64,000 nucleotides of DNA from Eledone cirrhosa (GCA_964016885.1 OZ024740.1:181660001-181724000); one strand, 5' to 3'. Shown: positions 25,135 through 39,967, counted from the first letter of the stretch. Translations and numbers: made by a program. Notes: a model not told the origin generated them from the sequence alone.

Positions 25135-26390
25135 GTTTTGTTCATTATAGATTTGCAGGCAATAATGGGGGAGTTTAAGACCGGATGTCCATGGGAATTC
25201 ATGCATGCGGATAATCTCGCACTTATAGCTGAATCCATGGTGGAACTTGGAACATGGAAGCATGTACTAGAAAGAAAGGATCTCAAAGTCAACCTGACAA
25301 CGACTAAGGTTCTTGTAAGTAGACGAGAAAACAGAACCCAGATTCCCTCAGGGAAATGGCCTTGCTCAGTATGTAGGAAAAGTGTAGGTAGGAAGTCCAT
25401 CCTCTGCCCCAAATGCAAACAATGTAGTGGGATCTAAGAAAGTTTGACTGAGAATGTGTAGCATCTGTGCTGGGACAGCAAGCAGTGAACCACCACAGGA
25501 AACAAGCACCACCAAACTCGGGGAGGGCTCTGTAGAGATAGTAGATAGCTTCTGCTACCTAAGTGGCCGAATTAGCAGCGGAGGTGGGTGTTCGGAAAGT
25601 ACAATAACTAGGGTAAATAATGGGATGGAAGAAGTTCAGGGACCTACTGCCACTGCCAGCTGCAAAAAGGCTTTTCCCTCAAAATAAAAGGCAGACTGTA
25701 TGATGTGTGTATACGAACAGCAATGTTACACGGATTAAAAAGCTTGCATGCTCCGATGGATGTGTAATAGTAAGATACGCGAACGGCAAAGTATAAAACA
25801 ATTTAGAGAGAGAGACTGAGCATAAGAGGAATCAAATGCTGTGTGCAGGAGATGAGGTTACATTGGTATGTGATACGTATGAATCATTACATCTGCATAA
25901 AAAGATAAAGGACACTAAAAGTCGATGGAGGCCGCAGAGAGGGGAGACACAAGAAGACCTGGGATGAGGTGATAAAGGCCGACCTAACCCAATTGCATCT
26001 CTCAAGAGCAATGACACACGACCGTGACCTCTGGCATCTCACAGTAATACAGAAGACCCAATCCCCCACAGGAACAAGCCGAAACTGAAGCATATATATA
26101 ATATGCACCCACACCTTCCCACTGCAAAGTGGTCGTGGAGGTGCCACGGCAAAAAAGCACCCAGCACACACTGTAAAGTGGATGTGTAGGTGCCACAGAA
26201 AAAAGCACCCAGCACTCACTCTAAATGAGGTTGGTGTTAGGAAGGGCATCCAGCTGTAGAAATCAAGCCAGAATCAGTTCCTGTATGAGCCGACTGGGCA
26301 CTGCTCACAACAGGACAACCTGTCTAACCCATGCTAGCATGGAAGAACGGACGTAAAACGGTGACGATGATGATGATGATGGTGATGATA
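25135..26390 (+). mobile_element. RTE LINE 3' half with 3' UTR, decayed
   Basis: EFKTGCPWEFMHADNL, GKWPCSVCRKSVGRKSILCPKC, EIVDSFCYL; 3' UTR ggtgttaggaagggcatccagctgtagaaa and (GAT)n tail. 3' end recurs at 36290-36720. Confidence 0.85.
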
Positions 26391-27012
26391 TATATATATA
26401 TGTATGTATGTCTATATATATATATATGTGTGTGTGTGTATGTTTGTATACTGGTACATGTCACAAATGATGAGGTTTATAGTAAAATTGTAAACATGTT
26501 TAATTTAATAATTTCTTGATTACATTTTTCATGTAACGATGTTTAAATCCTTGAGCTTCAATTCTTATCTGTCACACCAATACTTCCATGATTTATTTTA
26601 CATTCATTACAGAAGTTTTCTTCCATGTTTTCTTTAATTATCAAGTATCTATCCACTAAATTGTAACGAATTTCTTCTACCTATGTAGTCTATTTTGGAC
26701 TGTTGTTGGTATTGATGTTCCTGTCCAAAGATAAATATATATATAGGCATGTGTATAGATAGACAATTAGATAGCAGATATATGATAGCTAGGTAGATAC
26801 ATAGATGGATTGATAGATAGATACATATATAGATACACAGATATGCATACCAAATACAAACATGGGTAGCTATAAATATCTGCTCATTTAATAAGTGACT
26901 AACTTGCAAAAACTGTGTATCAGAGCGAGAGGTAGAAAGCTATCAAATTACCATTAGCAAACAAATCTAGCACAATGTGGTTTTCATGTGACATTTGTGT
27001 TCTATTATGTTG

Positions 27013-27052
<40 letters not shown>

Positions 27053-27069
27053 ATAATAATAAATATATA

Positions 27070-28660
27070 TATATATATAGTATTTACGTATCGAGAAAGA
27101 GAGAAAAAGGAGGGATAGGTGATACATATAGTTATTTGCCAAGTAGCGTATGCCAAAGGTGCTCGATACTAGTGCCGGCAGTATTAAATATTCGAAGTGT
27201 TAATATTTAGTGGGCTAGAGAGTTAGCAGAGCGTAAGCACGTGGGAAAGTGAAAAATCGGAGAATAGACCGTTAAAACATGTTTATTTAAAATATCACCT
27301 ACGTAAGTTTCGCCCAGCTGGGCTTCTCAAGGGCATAAATAATCACAAGTGTTCCTTATATAGTTCGGAAAGAGTTTTGGGGGTTAAATCCACATCAAGA
27401 TTCATTGCTCGCAAAAATATCTTGTTTTGATTTTGCAGCAGGTCAAGGGAGGTAACTCTGGCCGGTGTTAGGGCAGTCTTTCCCGGATAATTTTTTTTTT
27501 TTTTTTTTTTTTCCCGTTTGTCTGAGTCTGGGTCTGTTATGCAAGGATTGTTTTCTGGGTGTTATTTTGCTGCGCCTGCCCGCCGGGGTGTTAAGACTTG
27601 TTGCAGGGAGATCCAGTGTACTATTTCACTCTTCATTCTTAACCCATCTAAAGAAGGATATTTTTAAGCGATGTGTACAACTTATCGCTGTTTCAGCTCT
27701 GCTGTTGATGAGCTCGTGGGGTGCAGTTATGATGTGGTAGAGCTCCATGAGGCAAAGATCGCATTTCCTCTTGAAGTTGTACGGTGCAGCCCTGCCGAAA
27801 ATCTCCCAGTGCGTGGAGAAGCTAATGTTTAAGTCCTTTAGTGATGTGATGTAGTCCGCGAGCGAGGTGGGGTGCCTTAGTTTTCTATTTGTGAAAGAGT
27901 GGAGATGTGTTCGAAACCTAATTTTGAACGGGCCGAAGGTGGCCCCTATATAATGTTTAACGCTATTGTGGCTAGTAATAGTGCATCTATATATAACCCT
28001 ATCGGTCAAGCAGTATCCTCTAAGGGGGCATCGTCCTCTGTCGCGGCAGCTGCAATTTCTGTCGCGGTTCCGTCGATTTCCCACGATAAGGCTATCATTG
28101 TTGCTGCCTACGTTGCTAGCTGCGCTACCGCAGCTGTCGTTAGCACAATTACAACCCACAGCACGCGGGATGGTGCGATTGTTATTCCGCACGCCATGTT
28201 ATGCATGTTCCCCAGTCCCTTCGCGGTCATTCTGGTTGCGTCTGCGGATGCCGTTGCCAACACTATTGGATGCTGTCAGGGAGTTGTTAAGGCCGATACA
28301 GTTATTGTCAGGTGTAGGTGCGTCTGCGTCGAGGTGCTGTGTCTTGGTGATCTTACTGTGGTTCGTTGTTCCTATGATGTCTGCTAGGTTAGGAGTAGTA
28401 GAGAAGGATATTTTTATATTGTTCCTATTAAGAATTTTTCTATACCTATGGTTGGGTGGGAAGTTCTTCTCTAAGGCTTCGAAGAATATCCGGGGTATGT
28501 TGGAGGCCACACTTCGAGAGTAGGAGGGGTGAACCATAGGACGTTACGGTGGCGATTACGTGTCCTTGTACTTTTGCTACGGGTGGTTCCATCTAAGTGA
28601 TCGCTCTTATGTGTGTTAATGCGCTGTCGCCCGTTACGGCGATGAATTAGTTTTGCGAAA
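27070..28660 (-). mobile_element. 5'-truncated Penelope-like element (RT thumb/linker + GIY-YIG endonuclease + terminal repeat), frameshifted
   Basis: RNVLWF-PSYSRSVASNI...KNFPPNHRYRKILNRNNIKISFS, then CSC..CPLRGYCL..VIYRC..YIGAT..FKIRFRTH..CDLCLME (ORF 27626-28192). The Cys-rich linker is Neptune-like. Confidence 0.88.
27293..27337 (-). ncRNA. Minimal hammerhead motif, U3-A8 core variant, in the Penelope-like 3' region
   Basis: Minus strand: tatgccc TTGAGAA gccc agct gggc GAAA c ttac G TA ggtgata; stem I has two mismatches. Confidence 0.65.
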
Positions 28661-29375
28661 GGATAGACCAGCACTGGGGGGAACTAAAAGAACGAAAAAA
28701 CGGGTCAGTACTATACGAACATGCCAGACAGCAACACGACGGTAACATAGACAACATAGAAATTAGAATAATATCTAAACATAGAAATGACCCACCCGAT
28801 AGGCAAATCAGAGAGGCCAGTGAAATATAACATAGAAGGCCAAGACTAAACAGAAAGAATGAATGAAATAACAACATCACCCAAACAAACAACACTGACC
28901 TAAGAGAAGTATAAATAAATTAATAAATAAATACATAAATAAATAAATAAATACATACACAAGCACAATAACAACAAACACATATAAACACACACTAGTC
29001 ACCCAATCACGAACACACGCAAACGCATGCGCAAAGAAGACAAAATAAAATAAACAAACAAACAAATAAATAAATAAATATATAGACAGACTAAATAAAA
29101 ATGGCGTAGACATACAATGTAACGGGAGGAAACAATAGCACCACTGAAGATGTGCAGATGTGCAACGAAAGAACTTTGATAAACTATATATATGTGTTTG
29201 TGTCTATATTGTATCTGTATTATTTTTGACCGTCGGTCAGTCAATGGCAACATTGAGGACCGAATAAATTAGATTACCGATATAAAAGACACAGAAGTGA
29301 AAAGCAAAAACCAACCAAACAGTGAGTGTGTTCTGTTATTAATTCTGGCAATATTACACAAATATGACCCTCCCC
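28660..29375 (+). mobile_element. 3' end of a second Penelope-like family (GIY-YIG C-terminus + terminal repeat + HHR-like motif)
   Basis: Frame QHWGELKERKNGSVLYEHARQQHDGNIDNIEIRIISKHRNDPPDRQIREASEI*HRRPRLNRKNE*; CTGAAGA at 29144-29150 followed by a hairpin and GAAA. Confidence 0.75.
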
Positions 29376-29383
29376 ATATATAT

Positions 29384-29655
<272 letters not shown>

Positions 29656-29669
29656 TCATCATCAATATA

Positions 29670-29868
29670 ACGAAGGAAGTGCGGTAAGGAACCAGGTGGA
29701 CCATAACAGACCATGGTACTCGATACTTTGGGTAGTAGAGTAGGTAATAGGAAAAGAGTCAGAAACCTGACGGCAGAGCTCAAGCCGTTTCGACAGCTAT
29801 TTCTTGACACAGTCCAGAAATACCTATTGAAACGGCTGGAACTCTACCATTGGGGTTGTGACTCTTTT

Positions 29869-29872
<4 letters not shown>
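29670..29872 (-). repeat. Hairpin-plus-tail repeat family copy
   Basis: Palindrome ~29747-29872 plus shared tail. Confidence 0.8.
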
Positions 29873-29914
<42 letters not shown>

Positions 29915-29929
29915 GGTTGTGACTCTTTT

Positions 29930-29979
<50 letters not shown>

Positions 29980-30196
29980 AAAAGAGTCACAACCCCAATG
30001 AGTTAAAGGTCTATAGTTTTTTCCCTGGATTTTAATAAATTCTGTGGATGAATTTATATCCTGATTCTCTTTTGAGATGAGTTTGAGTTATTTTTCCTAA
30101 ATCTTTCGTTAACTACTTTTCCCATCTTGACGTTATAGTCGCATATATGTTATAGAATGCCGTTAGCTTCTTGCTAAAACAATCTCTATACCTCTC

Positions 30197-30272
<76 letters not shown>

Positions 30273-31277
30273 ACAGGGAGAAAGGGATGATTATTAGGAA
30301 GAAAAATATATATATGTTAGAAAATGAGGTTTTTTTACAAAATGAAAAAAAAACAAGTGAAAGTATAAGGAAAAAAGGTGAAATCGAAAATGCAACTGGA
30401 GTTTTTTTTTTAAATGTATATCTATTTGGTTCCTTTACCAAATGGATGCCTGATGTATATCAAGAAATGATCACAGTTAAAAAAGATTCTCAATATATTA
30501 GTAGAGTATAAGCATATCTATTTTCTTATAGAAGTAATTTCTATAATACAATAAATTATAAATGTCTACATCCATATAACAGAATCTTTGTGCATGTATA
30601 TGTGATGTGGTAAATAAATATATACATATACATGAGGTCCGAACACAATGGAACCAAACTCCCACTGTCACTGCTTCAGTCTCTCCTGCTCTTACGATCT
30701 CTAACTATTATAAGCAAATGTGGGCCCACATGCCGGCTGCCTCATGGCCCCGGTGAACAGAATAAAGAAGGCATTGCCCCAAAGGATGGTGAGGGAGATG
30801 TTAAACGGTGCTGATGATGATGATATATAGAGAGAAATTTTATAATACATCAAGGGTTTACATTAACAGATGGATTTACTTTTACAATAATCAGTTTTCA
30901 TGCTGTGTATCTGATGATTTTTGTTTATTTTTTTATTATATAAGACAGAATCTCTCTGTTCCTGTTTTCCATTTTTCAGTTCCAAATTATTGACATCAAT
31001 ATTTGTATTGTATTGTATACTGCCACCACAATAGCATTAGGACACTATACTTCAATCTTTCACAATATGTTGGACAATTTAACCCTTTAACTCCTCTATT
31101 TATAGCTACTCTAAATGCATAGAAATGTCTTGTAATTCTACAGCCATTATACATCGCATACACATCCTTTTATTAGATTTGAAAAGTTTGTTCTATTATT
31201 TATCATTGAAGCAATATATTGCTTATTCATGATAAAGGACAAAACTACAAATATGACTCTATTATTTCTAGTATGTA

Positions 31278-31471
31278 AGGGCGGTGGATTGGCAGTATCG
31301 GTAGAGGGTCGGACGCCATGCTTTGACGCATAGAGTTACGGCCCTTGCCATTCTGAGTTCAAATCGCGCCGAGGTTAACTTTGCCTTTCATCCTTACGGG
31401 GTCGATAAAATAAAGTACCAGTAATGTACTGGGTAATGTCTGGCCTTGTGCCAATAGTAGAAACAATTATT
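31278..31471 (+). mobile_element. SINE family A, near full length
   Basis: tggcagtatcgg A box, gagttcaaatc B box, conserved core and tail. Confidence 0.85.
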
Positions 31472-31755
31472 TCTAGTATGTGTTTTTTTCATTGTAATCT
31501 TCAATTGGAATTGTTTTTGTGAGTTTGACATTTCTATAACATCAAAGAGAAACACCCATACATGCACACACACACACATGCATATACATACACTAGCACA
31601 CACACACACACACACACACATACACACACACACATATATATATGTATGTATATATATATTTTCTTTTTTTCTTCATTATTTTACGTCCGCTTTTCCCTGC
31701 TTGCAAGAGATAGAGAGAGTGATACACATACATACAAAAATACATATCCACATAC

Positions 31756-31788
<33 letters not shown>

Positions 31789-31789
31789 A

Positions 31790-31963
31790 GGAAGGAGTTG
31801 TGGTAAGGAACCAGATGGACCATAACGCACCAGAGTACTCAATACTTAGGGTAGTAGAGTGGGTAATAGGAGAAAGTATGACCCCGATGGCAGAGCTCAA
31901 GCCGTTTTCACGGCTATTTCGAAACGGCTTGAGCTCTGCCGTCGGGGTCATACTTTCTCCTAT
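31790..31963 (-). repeat. Hairpin-plus-tail repeat family copy
   Basis: ataggagaaagtatgaccccga...tcggggtcatactttctcctat palindrome plus shared tail, in (TA)n. Confidence 0.8.
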
Positions 31964-32589
31964 ATATATATATATATAAAATGCTATGTAATTGACTAGC
32001 TTGAAAATTTCTGAACGATTGTTATTATAAGTAATTTGTTTAGTAAAGTTAATTTTAACAAATGCTTGATTCCACTTCATTTTGAGAATGAAAGAACTAT
32101 GTTACTGTTTTTTTATCACTCTTTGAGAATCTGAAATGTTAATGTCCGATAGTGTACTCACTTGCTTTGTGAAAATATTATTTTGCTGTTTTGTTTTGGG
32201 TCTTTTTCCTTCAATGAAGTCAGCTTAAAAACTTTATTCTCTTAATGAACATCAAAATGAAACTTTCTTCCAATTGTGTTCAATGCTTCTCTTGTAGCTT
32301 TCTTTTGTTGTGTATTTCAGTTTAAAGAAATATAATGCAGGGATTTCAGGAAAAGATTAGTTTCCAAAAATACAATATGTCTGAAATACCACTAGAGACA
32401 TATAAAATTGAATTTATGAGAATGTAGATTGTAATGTAAAATTTGTAAACAAAAAATATTTTTGATTACATATTGGATTTTCTGCTCATAACTTTTATAT
32501 CGAATATGACTGTCTAAACTGTAATTGTTTAAAAAAATGAAAATTTTAACAATTGAATATCATTTTCGTACTATATATATATTCTCCAG

Positions 32590-32970
32590 CTCATCTCTGG
32601 AATGTTCTATGCATTACATATGAGAAACAGGCAGGGCTTAGATGAACAGATGGGATAAACTGGGTTTAAGAGGAATCCGAAGTGGTGTGTAAAACAGAAG
32701 ACTGCATTGGAATAGACATGTGAAGCACATGGATGATAATTGGTGAGTGAAGAAATTACCAGGAAATTCCAGTAGAAGGAAGTCAAAGTAAAGGTTGACA
32801 ATGGAAGACCTAGGCAGCAGTGATATGAGCCTGATCTCAAATCACTGTGGCTCTTGGAGGAGATGACAAAGGAATGCAATAAGTGGTGAAATGCTATGCT
32901 GAAAAGGATTGGTCCAACCCATGCAATTATAGAAAAAGGGACATAAAAACATAGATGATAATGATGATAA
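32590..32970 (+). mobile_element. Decayed RTE 3' fragment
   Basis: Similar to 1950-2250; (GAT)n-like tail. Confidence 0.65.
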
Positions 32971-32999
32971 CACCAATGTAGGGTTTGGTTACCATCTAT

Positions 33000-34510
33000 C
33001 TTGGCTGGTGAGAGATCTCATGCCATCAAAAGTCTGAAGTGAGGAAAGAGCCCTGGACTGGACAACATATACTCAGAATTCATGAAAGCTGAAGGTGAAC
33101 CAATTATCAAAGTACTTCAAATTTCTTTAACTGCATTATCACTACAGGAAAAAGCCCAGACATGTTCAAGAAAGCATTGATAGTGGTACTCTACAAAAAA
33201 AGTAGTAGACTTGATTGTGTGACTTGATTGTGGGAACTATAATCCTATCAGTGTTACGTTTACAAGCTTTTCATGAGTATCATTGCAGCACAAGTGAAGT
33301 CAGACCTTTAAGCCTCATTTCCTGAAACACAAGCCATGTATCAACCTACAAGATCCTAGCTATTGAACAAATCATTGAGGAATGAATAGAATTCAACAAC
33401 CCTGTGCACATCACCTTCATTGATTTCACAAAAACGTTTGACAAAATGAAACTACCTAGCTTGTGGCAACTCTTAAACAAGACCTCAATTAACAAAAAGT
33501 CATCAACCTATTGAATGAAACTTACACCAACTCAACAGCATATATCAAAACAGACTTGGGAACTACACGCTGTATAACATCTTGAAGGGAGCTAAGCAAG
33601 GGAATGTACTATCAGCACTTCTTTCCTGTATAGTTATAGCTGCACTTATCTACCAAACTGAAGAAAAATGCTCCTCTGGCTATCGAATAGGTGGTAAAAT
33701 CCTATCAAATCTTAGCTTTGCAGACGATCTGGCCATCATGAGTTACTCAAGAACTGATCTGCAAAACTTTCTGAATGTACAGGCCAAACATTCGCTGGAG
33801 GCTGGCTTACACATCAACATCTCCAAAACAAAATGTATGACAACTGATAAAAACAATGCCAATCTCCAACTCACCAGCAAATTGCTCAAGTTACGAAGTT
33901 TGTATATCTCGGTCACAAGCTATCATCAAACAACAATGGAATGTTTGCTGCGCAGTACCACTTCGCTCTAGGTCGGGTAGCTTACAACAAGAACAAGGGA
34001 GTACTAACATCAAAACGAGTTTCCTATCATTTGAAGGCAAAGATCTTTGATAATTACAACCTACTAGTTGTGTTATATGGTCTTGACTGTGTTAATTGGA
34101 TGTCAAGGTCACTTCAGAAGCTCTCTACATTCCAGAAACACACCATGAGACTTATGACTGGCAAGCGGCTCAGCAACCGTATCTTTATCAGTGAACTGCT
34201 CAACAATACAAAACTTAAACTAATTACATCAATTTTCAAGTCAAGAGTACTCAAACTATACAGCCATATAAAAAGATCAACTCATGGTGTGAGTAGGTTA
34301 TGCCTGGAAGAAATGGAAGAAAGGTTGGCTGGTAAGAGAAGCAGAGGCCAGCAGCCAAAACGATGGCTTAACAATATCAACTTATGGACTGGACTTAATC
34401 TTTGAAACTGCTTTGAAAGCTGCTTCTGTTGATTGAACTTTGTGGAGAGAGATATCACAAGTTGATGTGCAGCCTGCAACTGCTGGAGTTTAGTGCCACA
34501 AGAAGAGGGT
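33000..34510 (+). pseudogene. Decayed non-LTR RT (RTE-like, distinct family)
   Basis: KSPGLDNI, FIDFTKTFD, GAKQGNVLS, NLSFADDL, VLYGLDC, GKRSRGQQPKRW across frameshifts. Confidence 0.85.
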
Positions 34511-34874
34511 TTGGGGTTTGCATTTGTATTGTTAGAAGTTTCATTCTCTGATTATGTAATGTATTCTGTTGCTGAGCAAAACAACTCATTTCAAGTCACT
34601 CCTGTCACATCAAATGAAAATGAATATCAACAGTAATTTGGTGTTAACACTGTAATGGACTGGTATTGCATCATGTAATTTCCTTTCAGTTGCTTAACAC
34701 CAATGAAGTATAAATACGTTTTTGCTTCATGGGCTTCCGAGGGGCTGTAACTTTAACATAAGAACTTACGTATTTTAGTTGTTTCTCCTCCAAACCTGCC
34801 CACATTGAGAAGATTTATAATTAAAAGAATTCTAGCCATGGCCATCTGAACTTTGTTCAGACAATATTATTATT

Positions 34875-35070
34875 AGGGCTGTGGATTGGCAGTATCAGTA
34901 GAGTCGGACACCATGCTTTGCAGCATAGAGTTACAGTCCTTTAACGTCTGAGTTCAAATCCCGCCGAGGTTAACTTTGCCTTTCATCCTTACGGGGTCGA
35001 TAAAATAAAGTACCAGTAATGCACTGGGTAATTACTGGCCTTGTGCCAAAAGTAGAAACAATTATTATTA
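34875..35070 (+). mobile_element. SINE family A (diverged copy also at ~35285-35480)
   Basis: Matches 31278-31471. Confidence 0.85.
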
Positions 35071-35934
35071 GTTAATGTCTTTCCCTTTTTTAAATTGAAA
35101 TGGTATTAAACACTTTCTGTAAACTCCATTTCTCTATTGCTTCAAATCTTACATTATTTATTCTATTTTTGTTTTTCCTGACCTCTCATTCCACACTAAG
35201 ATATTGTTGGCTCACCTGCCCCCACCTCCGTCCCATTTCAATTGACCTAGCTCTAGCTTGAAACATTCAGTGCCTCTTTCTCTTTTAGTGTTGGACAACA
35301 TTCTTTGCAGCATATAGTTAAGTCCCTTTACTTTCTGAATGTAAATCCTTTAAAGTTGGGTTTGCCTTTCATATTAGGGATCGATAAAATAAAGTACAAG
35401 TAATGCACTGGGGTCAATTTAATCGAATTTCTCCTACCACAAAATGGTTGGCCTTGTGCCTATATCAGAACCATTTTAATCATCATATACCACACAGCAA
35501 ACCTGACCTCCCACACTACTCACACCCCTTCCAGTCTACTCAAACTACACCCATCAATAATTAAAGCCCCCCCCCCTCATTACTAACACAATCTCCTGCA
35601 CTACTTACACCATTTTTTACACTACTTACAGTGTTCGTTCTTCCAGAAATACTGCTTCTTTCTCTCTCCAAAGAAGAACAAATGTCTGAAACATTGGATT
35701 CTTCACACGTCCCAGCAAATCAAACCCTTATTATTTTTCTTACACCTAAAAGCTTGTATAATAACAAATGTTTTAGTAACATTCCAAAATATGTATTATT
35801 TTCAAAATTAATTGAAATGAATATCTGCTACTATTAATTAGTGAAATAGCAACAAAATAATCTTTAAGAGGCAGAAACATTAACTGAACATATTTTACAT
35901 GCAAAACCAGCTGGCAAGAGACGCAGGGATAGAC

Positions 35935-36081
35935 AAGAAGAAGAAGAAGAAGAAGAAGAAGAAGAAGAAGAAGAAGAAGAAGAAGAAGAAGAAGAAGAAG
36001 AAGAAGAAGAAGAAGAAGAAGAAGAAGAAGAAGAAGAAGAAGAAGAAGAAGAAGAAGAAGAAGAAGAAGAAGAAGAAGAAG
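35935..36081 (+). repeat. Perfect (AAG)~49 microsatellite
   Basis: Direct reading. Confidence 0.97.
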
Positions 36082-36289
36082 AATGGGATATAGCTCCAGA
36101 TAATGCTTCTTCTTCTGCAAAATAAAGTAACAGTAATACACTGGGATAATTGCTGGTCTTGTGCCAAAAGTAGAAACAATTATTCTATTCTATTTCAATA
36201 TATATATTTAATCCTCCATTAATTAATTATGGTGATACACACTTATATACATATGTTTAATGTTTGCTTGTTATTTTATACATTCCTGC

Positions 36290-36720
36290 ATCCAAGAAGA
36301 CCTGGGGTGAGGTGATAAAGACGGACCTTACACAATTGCACCTCTCAAGGACAATGACACATGACTGTGACCTCTGGCGTCACGCACTAATACAGAAGAC
36401 CCGACCTCCCACAGGAACAATCCAAAGATGAAGCATATAGACAATATGCCCCGACACTGCAAAGTGGTCATGGAGGTGCCACGGCAAAAAAGCTTCCAGC
36501 CCACACTGTAAAGTGGACGAGTAGGTGCCATGGAAATAAAGCACCCAGCACTCACTGTAAATGAGGTTGGTGTTAGGAAGGGAATCCAGCTGTAGAAATC
36601 AAGCCAGAATCAATTCCTGTAAGAGCAAGACAAGGTCAGCCGACTGGACACTGCCCACTGCAGGACAACCCGTCTAACCCTTGCTAATATGGAAGAACCA
36701 ACGGAAAATGGTGATGATGT
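36290..36720 (+). mobile_element. RTE 3' end and 3' UTR fragment
   Basis: Co-linear with 25950-26375. Confidence 0.8.
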
Positions 36721-38915
36721 AGAGGCACTTTCATGACATTGAAAACTGACAGAGCCCACCTATTTCTTGGTCTAAACACAAGTAATTTGTTCTAAACAAG
36801 TACAGAGAGAGAAAGAGAGACACAGAGACAGACAGAGAGTGAGATAGAAAATGTGTGTGAGAGAGAGTGAGAAAGAATTGATCCCAGTACTGAACTGTTA
36901 TTATCGACCCCGAAATGATTCAAGATAATGTTGATCATGGCAAGATTTGAAATCAGTGCACTGGAAAAAATGCTGCAAAGTATTCTATCCATTGAACTAA
37001 ATGTACTGCTATTTTGCCTCTTTTCCTGGCTCTGATTCATCCCTGATTGAGTACTTCTTTAATTAAAGATATTCCAAGCTTGGCCATCTGGTCTTGCTTT
37101 CCAGACACAGAATATCTAAAACCATATTTTTCCAATGTGATCATCTCTTTTTTTAGGAACTTTTGAGGCAGATTGTGTTGCTCATTCTAGTTGGTTGATT
37201 TTTGATAATTTTTTCTAATTATTTTCAAAATAGTTTTTCTGCAAAACCGAATATACTGTCTTTTGTTAAATTAGCTATTATAATTTTGTTTTTAAATTTA
37301 GCAATTTTCCTTACTGTTTATTTGATTTGCAAGTAAAAGTTATTATGAATGTCTTGTTATCTTTTTGGATATAAGTAAAGATTATATTTCAGAGATATTG
37401 AAATAAGATGAGAAAGGATTATGTTTTTATCTTTGACATTTTTTCTAGAATACAACATGAAAGGAATAGCGAGATATAATAAGATCTATATAATGAAACA
37501 AATAACTGATTTGATATATTACAATTTTACACTTAATGAACTGAGGTTAAAAGAAAACTTAATAGCAAAGCAAAATTAGATTGGGTTAACATTTTCGTTG
37601 ACATATTTTCAATGAGAGACACAGTCAATGTGTCTGAATTCATTTTGAAAATAATAATAAAAATTTGGAGCAATTTAGTATTCCAATTAGAAATGTGTGG
37701 AAGAGCAATTCTTACATAAAATTGTGATGGAGTTTTTAGGTTAAAAATGGTATGGTATGGTATGGTCCTGTACCTCCTGATGGAGTTGTAAGGGTGCTGT
37801 TTTGACATACGGCATTTCTTGTGCATTTTAAGCTTGACAGAGCCCATCTGTCTCCAGGCCTGCATGCAGAATATTTCTTCCAGAGCAGTATATAAAATGA
37901 GAGAGAGAGGAAGTGATGAAAAGATGTAGAGGAAAAAATAAACCCAGTACTAGAATGGTAGTTTATTTTTATCAACCACAAAAGGATGAAAAGCAAAGTT
38001 GATCTCGGTGGGATTTGAAATCAGAGAGCAGAGAGACAAAATAAATCGCACTCTATCCAATACCTAATGACCGTACTAATTCGTTGCCCTTTTAGGACAA
38101 ATAAGAACACTTTAAATTGGTAGGTTTTGTATGATAGAATCTTGGGTAGTTTCACTCAGGCTAATATTGAAAATGGTAAAAAACTGAATTGAGAGAGAAT
38201 ATTCTTAATTGTTATTATGTAGCTCAGATTAGCTCTGATTAATCAGAACTATCACTAAGGGTCGTCCAGTCATGTCTATTCTGTCATTTGCTTTGTAGAT
38301 AAAGTATATCTATGACTACATTATCCAATATATTTTCTGACTATTTTAAGAAAGAAAGGTATGATTTAAGGGAGATTTGGCTGCTAGTTGTGCTAACTGA
38401 TTCAGAAAATGTACTGTGGCTTATAGTGATAATAGGTATCTGGAGGTGCATGTACGTGTGGGTAAAGAGAGGGAGAAAGAGAAATAGTTTAAAAAGAAGA
38501 GAACTAACATTTTAGAATGAGGCTATCTTGATAAACACATAGACAGACAGGCATTCATGCACATGTCTATACAAATGCACATATGTATGATTCTTCTTTG
38601 TTGCCCTCTTACTCCTGAGAGGGTCGTGGGGACAGAGTCCTCAAACACTACTTCCAGAGGGTCCTGTCAGAAGCAACCCTTTGCAATTGACCTAGCTGGA
38701 TCCTCATGTGAGACCAGCCAAGCTCATGGAGGTTATTCAGCCATCTGGCTTGGCGTCTACCCCTGGGTCTCAAGCTGGTTGGTTTTGCTCATAAAATGAT
38801 TCTAGTGATTCTTTCCAGAGACATTCTAATCACATACTCATAATATTGGAGACATGATCTCTCAATTCAGGAAAGCAGTGTCTGTCTGGAGTTACTCTCC
38901 TTGTATGTATATATA

Positions 38916-39250
<335 letters not shown>

Positions 39251-39906
39251 GTGTGTGTGTGTGTATGTGTGTGTGTGTGTGTGCATGTCCTTGCATTTGT
39301 CTGTATGTGTGTGTTTCTCTGAAGGCACATGTCTTTGTGGATAGGGTGTTGAAGCTCATTACATATTTCTTCAGTTTACTTAACTGTCAAAAATGATTTA
39401 TGTTTGTAATTCATATAACTAGCCCTGTCATAACATGTGTCATGCTGAATCTCCCTGAGAATCATATTTAGGGTATATATCTGTGGAATGCTCAGATATG
39501 TCAATTTGTATGTTTATTTAACAAAAAATTTGTTCTCATGATTGGATCAACCAAAACACTCATCATTGAAACTGACACAGGCCCAATGCAAGCCGTGTAT
39601 ATATGCATTTCTACTTGAAGAAAAAATTGACAAAGAAATGTTGGAATGACAGAATTTGATTTACTATACAAAAGAATAAAAACATATGATATAAACTTAT
39701 TTCCTATTAATGTTTTTTATAGATTGCTGTTATGATAGTTGATGTAGTTTTAAGCTATTGAGGAAAAAATAAAGGAAGGCCAGTAAAAAGATTTATTTTA
39801 TGGAATGTGGTGTTTAGATATTTCTCAAAGATGTCAACGACTTTTCACCAAGATATTACTTATATCTGTATGTGTAAGTGTGAATGTTTTGAGTAGTCAA
39901 AATACG

Positions 39907-39967
<61 letters not shown>

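Noticed and set aside
31278-31375. tRNA genes suggested by A/B boxes
   Set aside because: No cloverleaf; these are SINE heads followed by shared body sequence.
35773-36179. Poly-L/F/K ORFs
   Set aside because: (AAG)n microsatellite.
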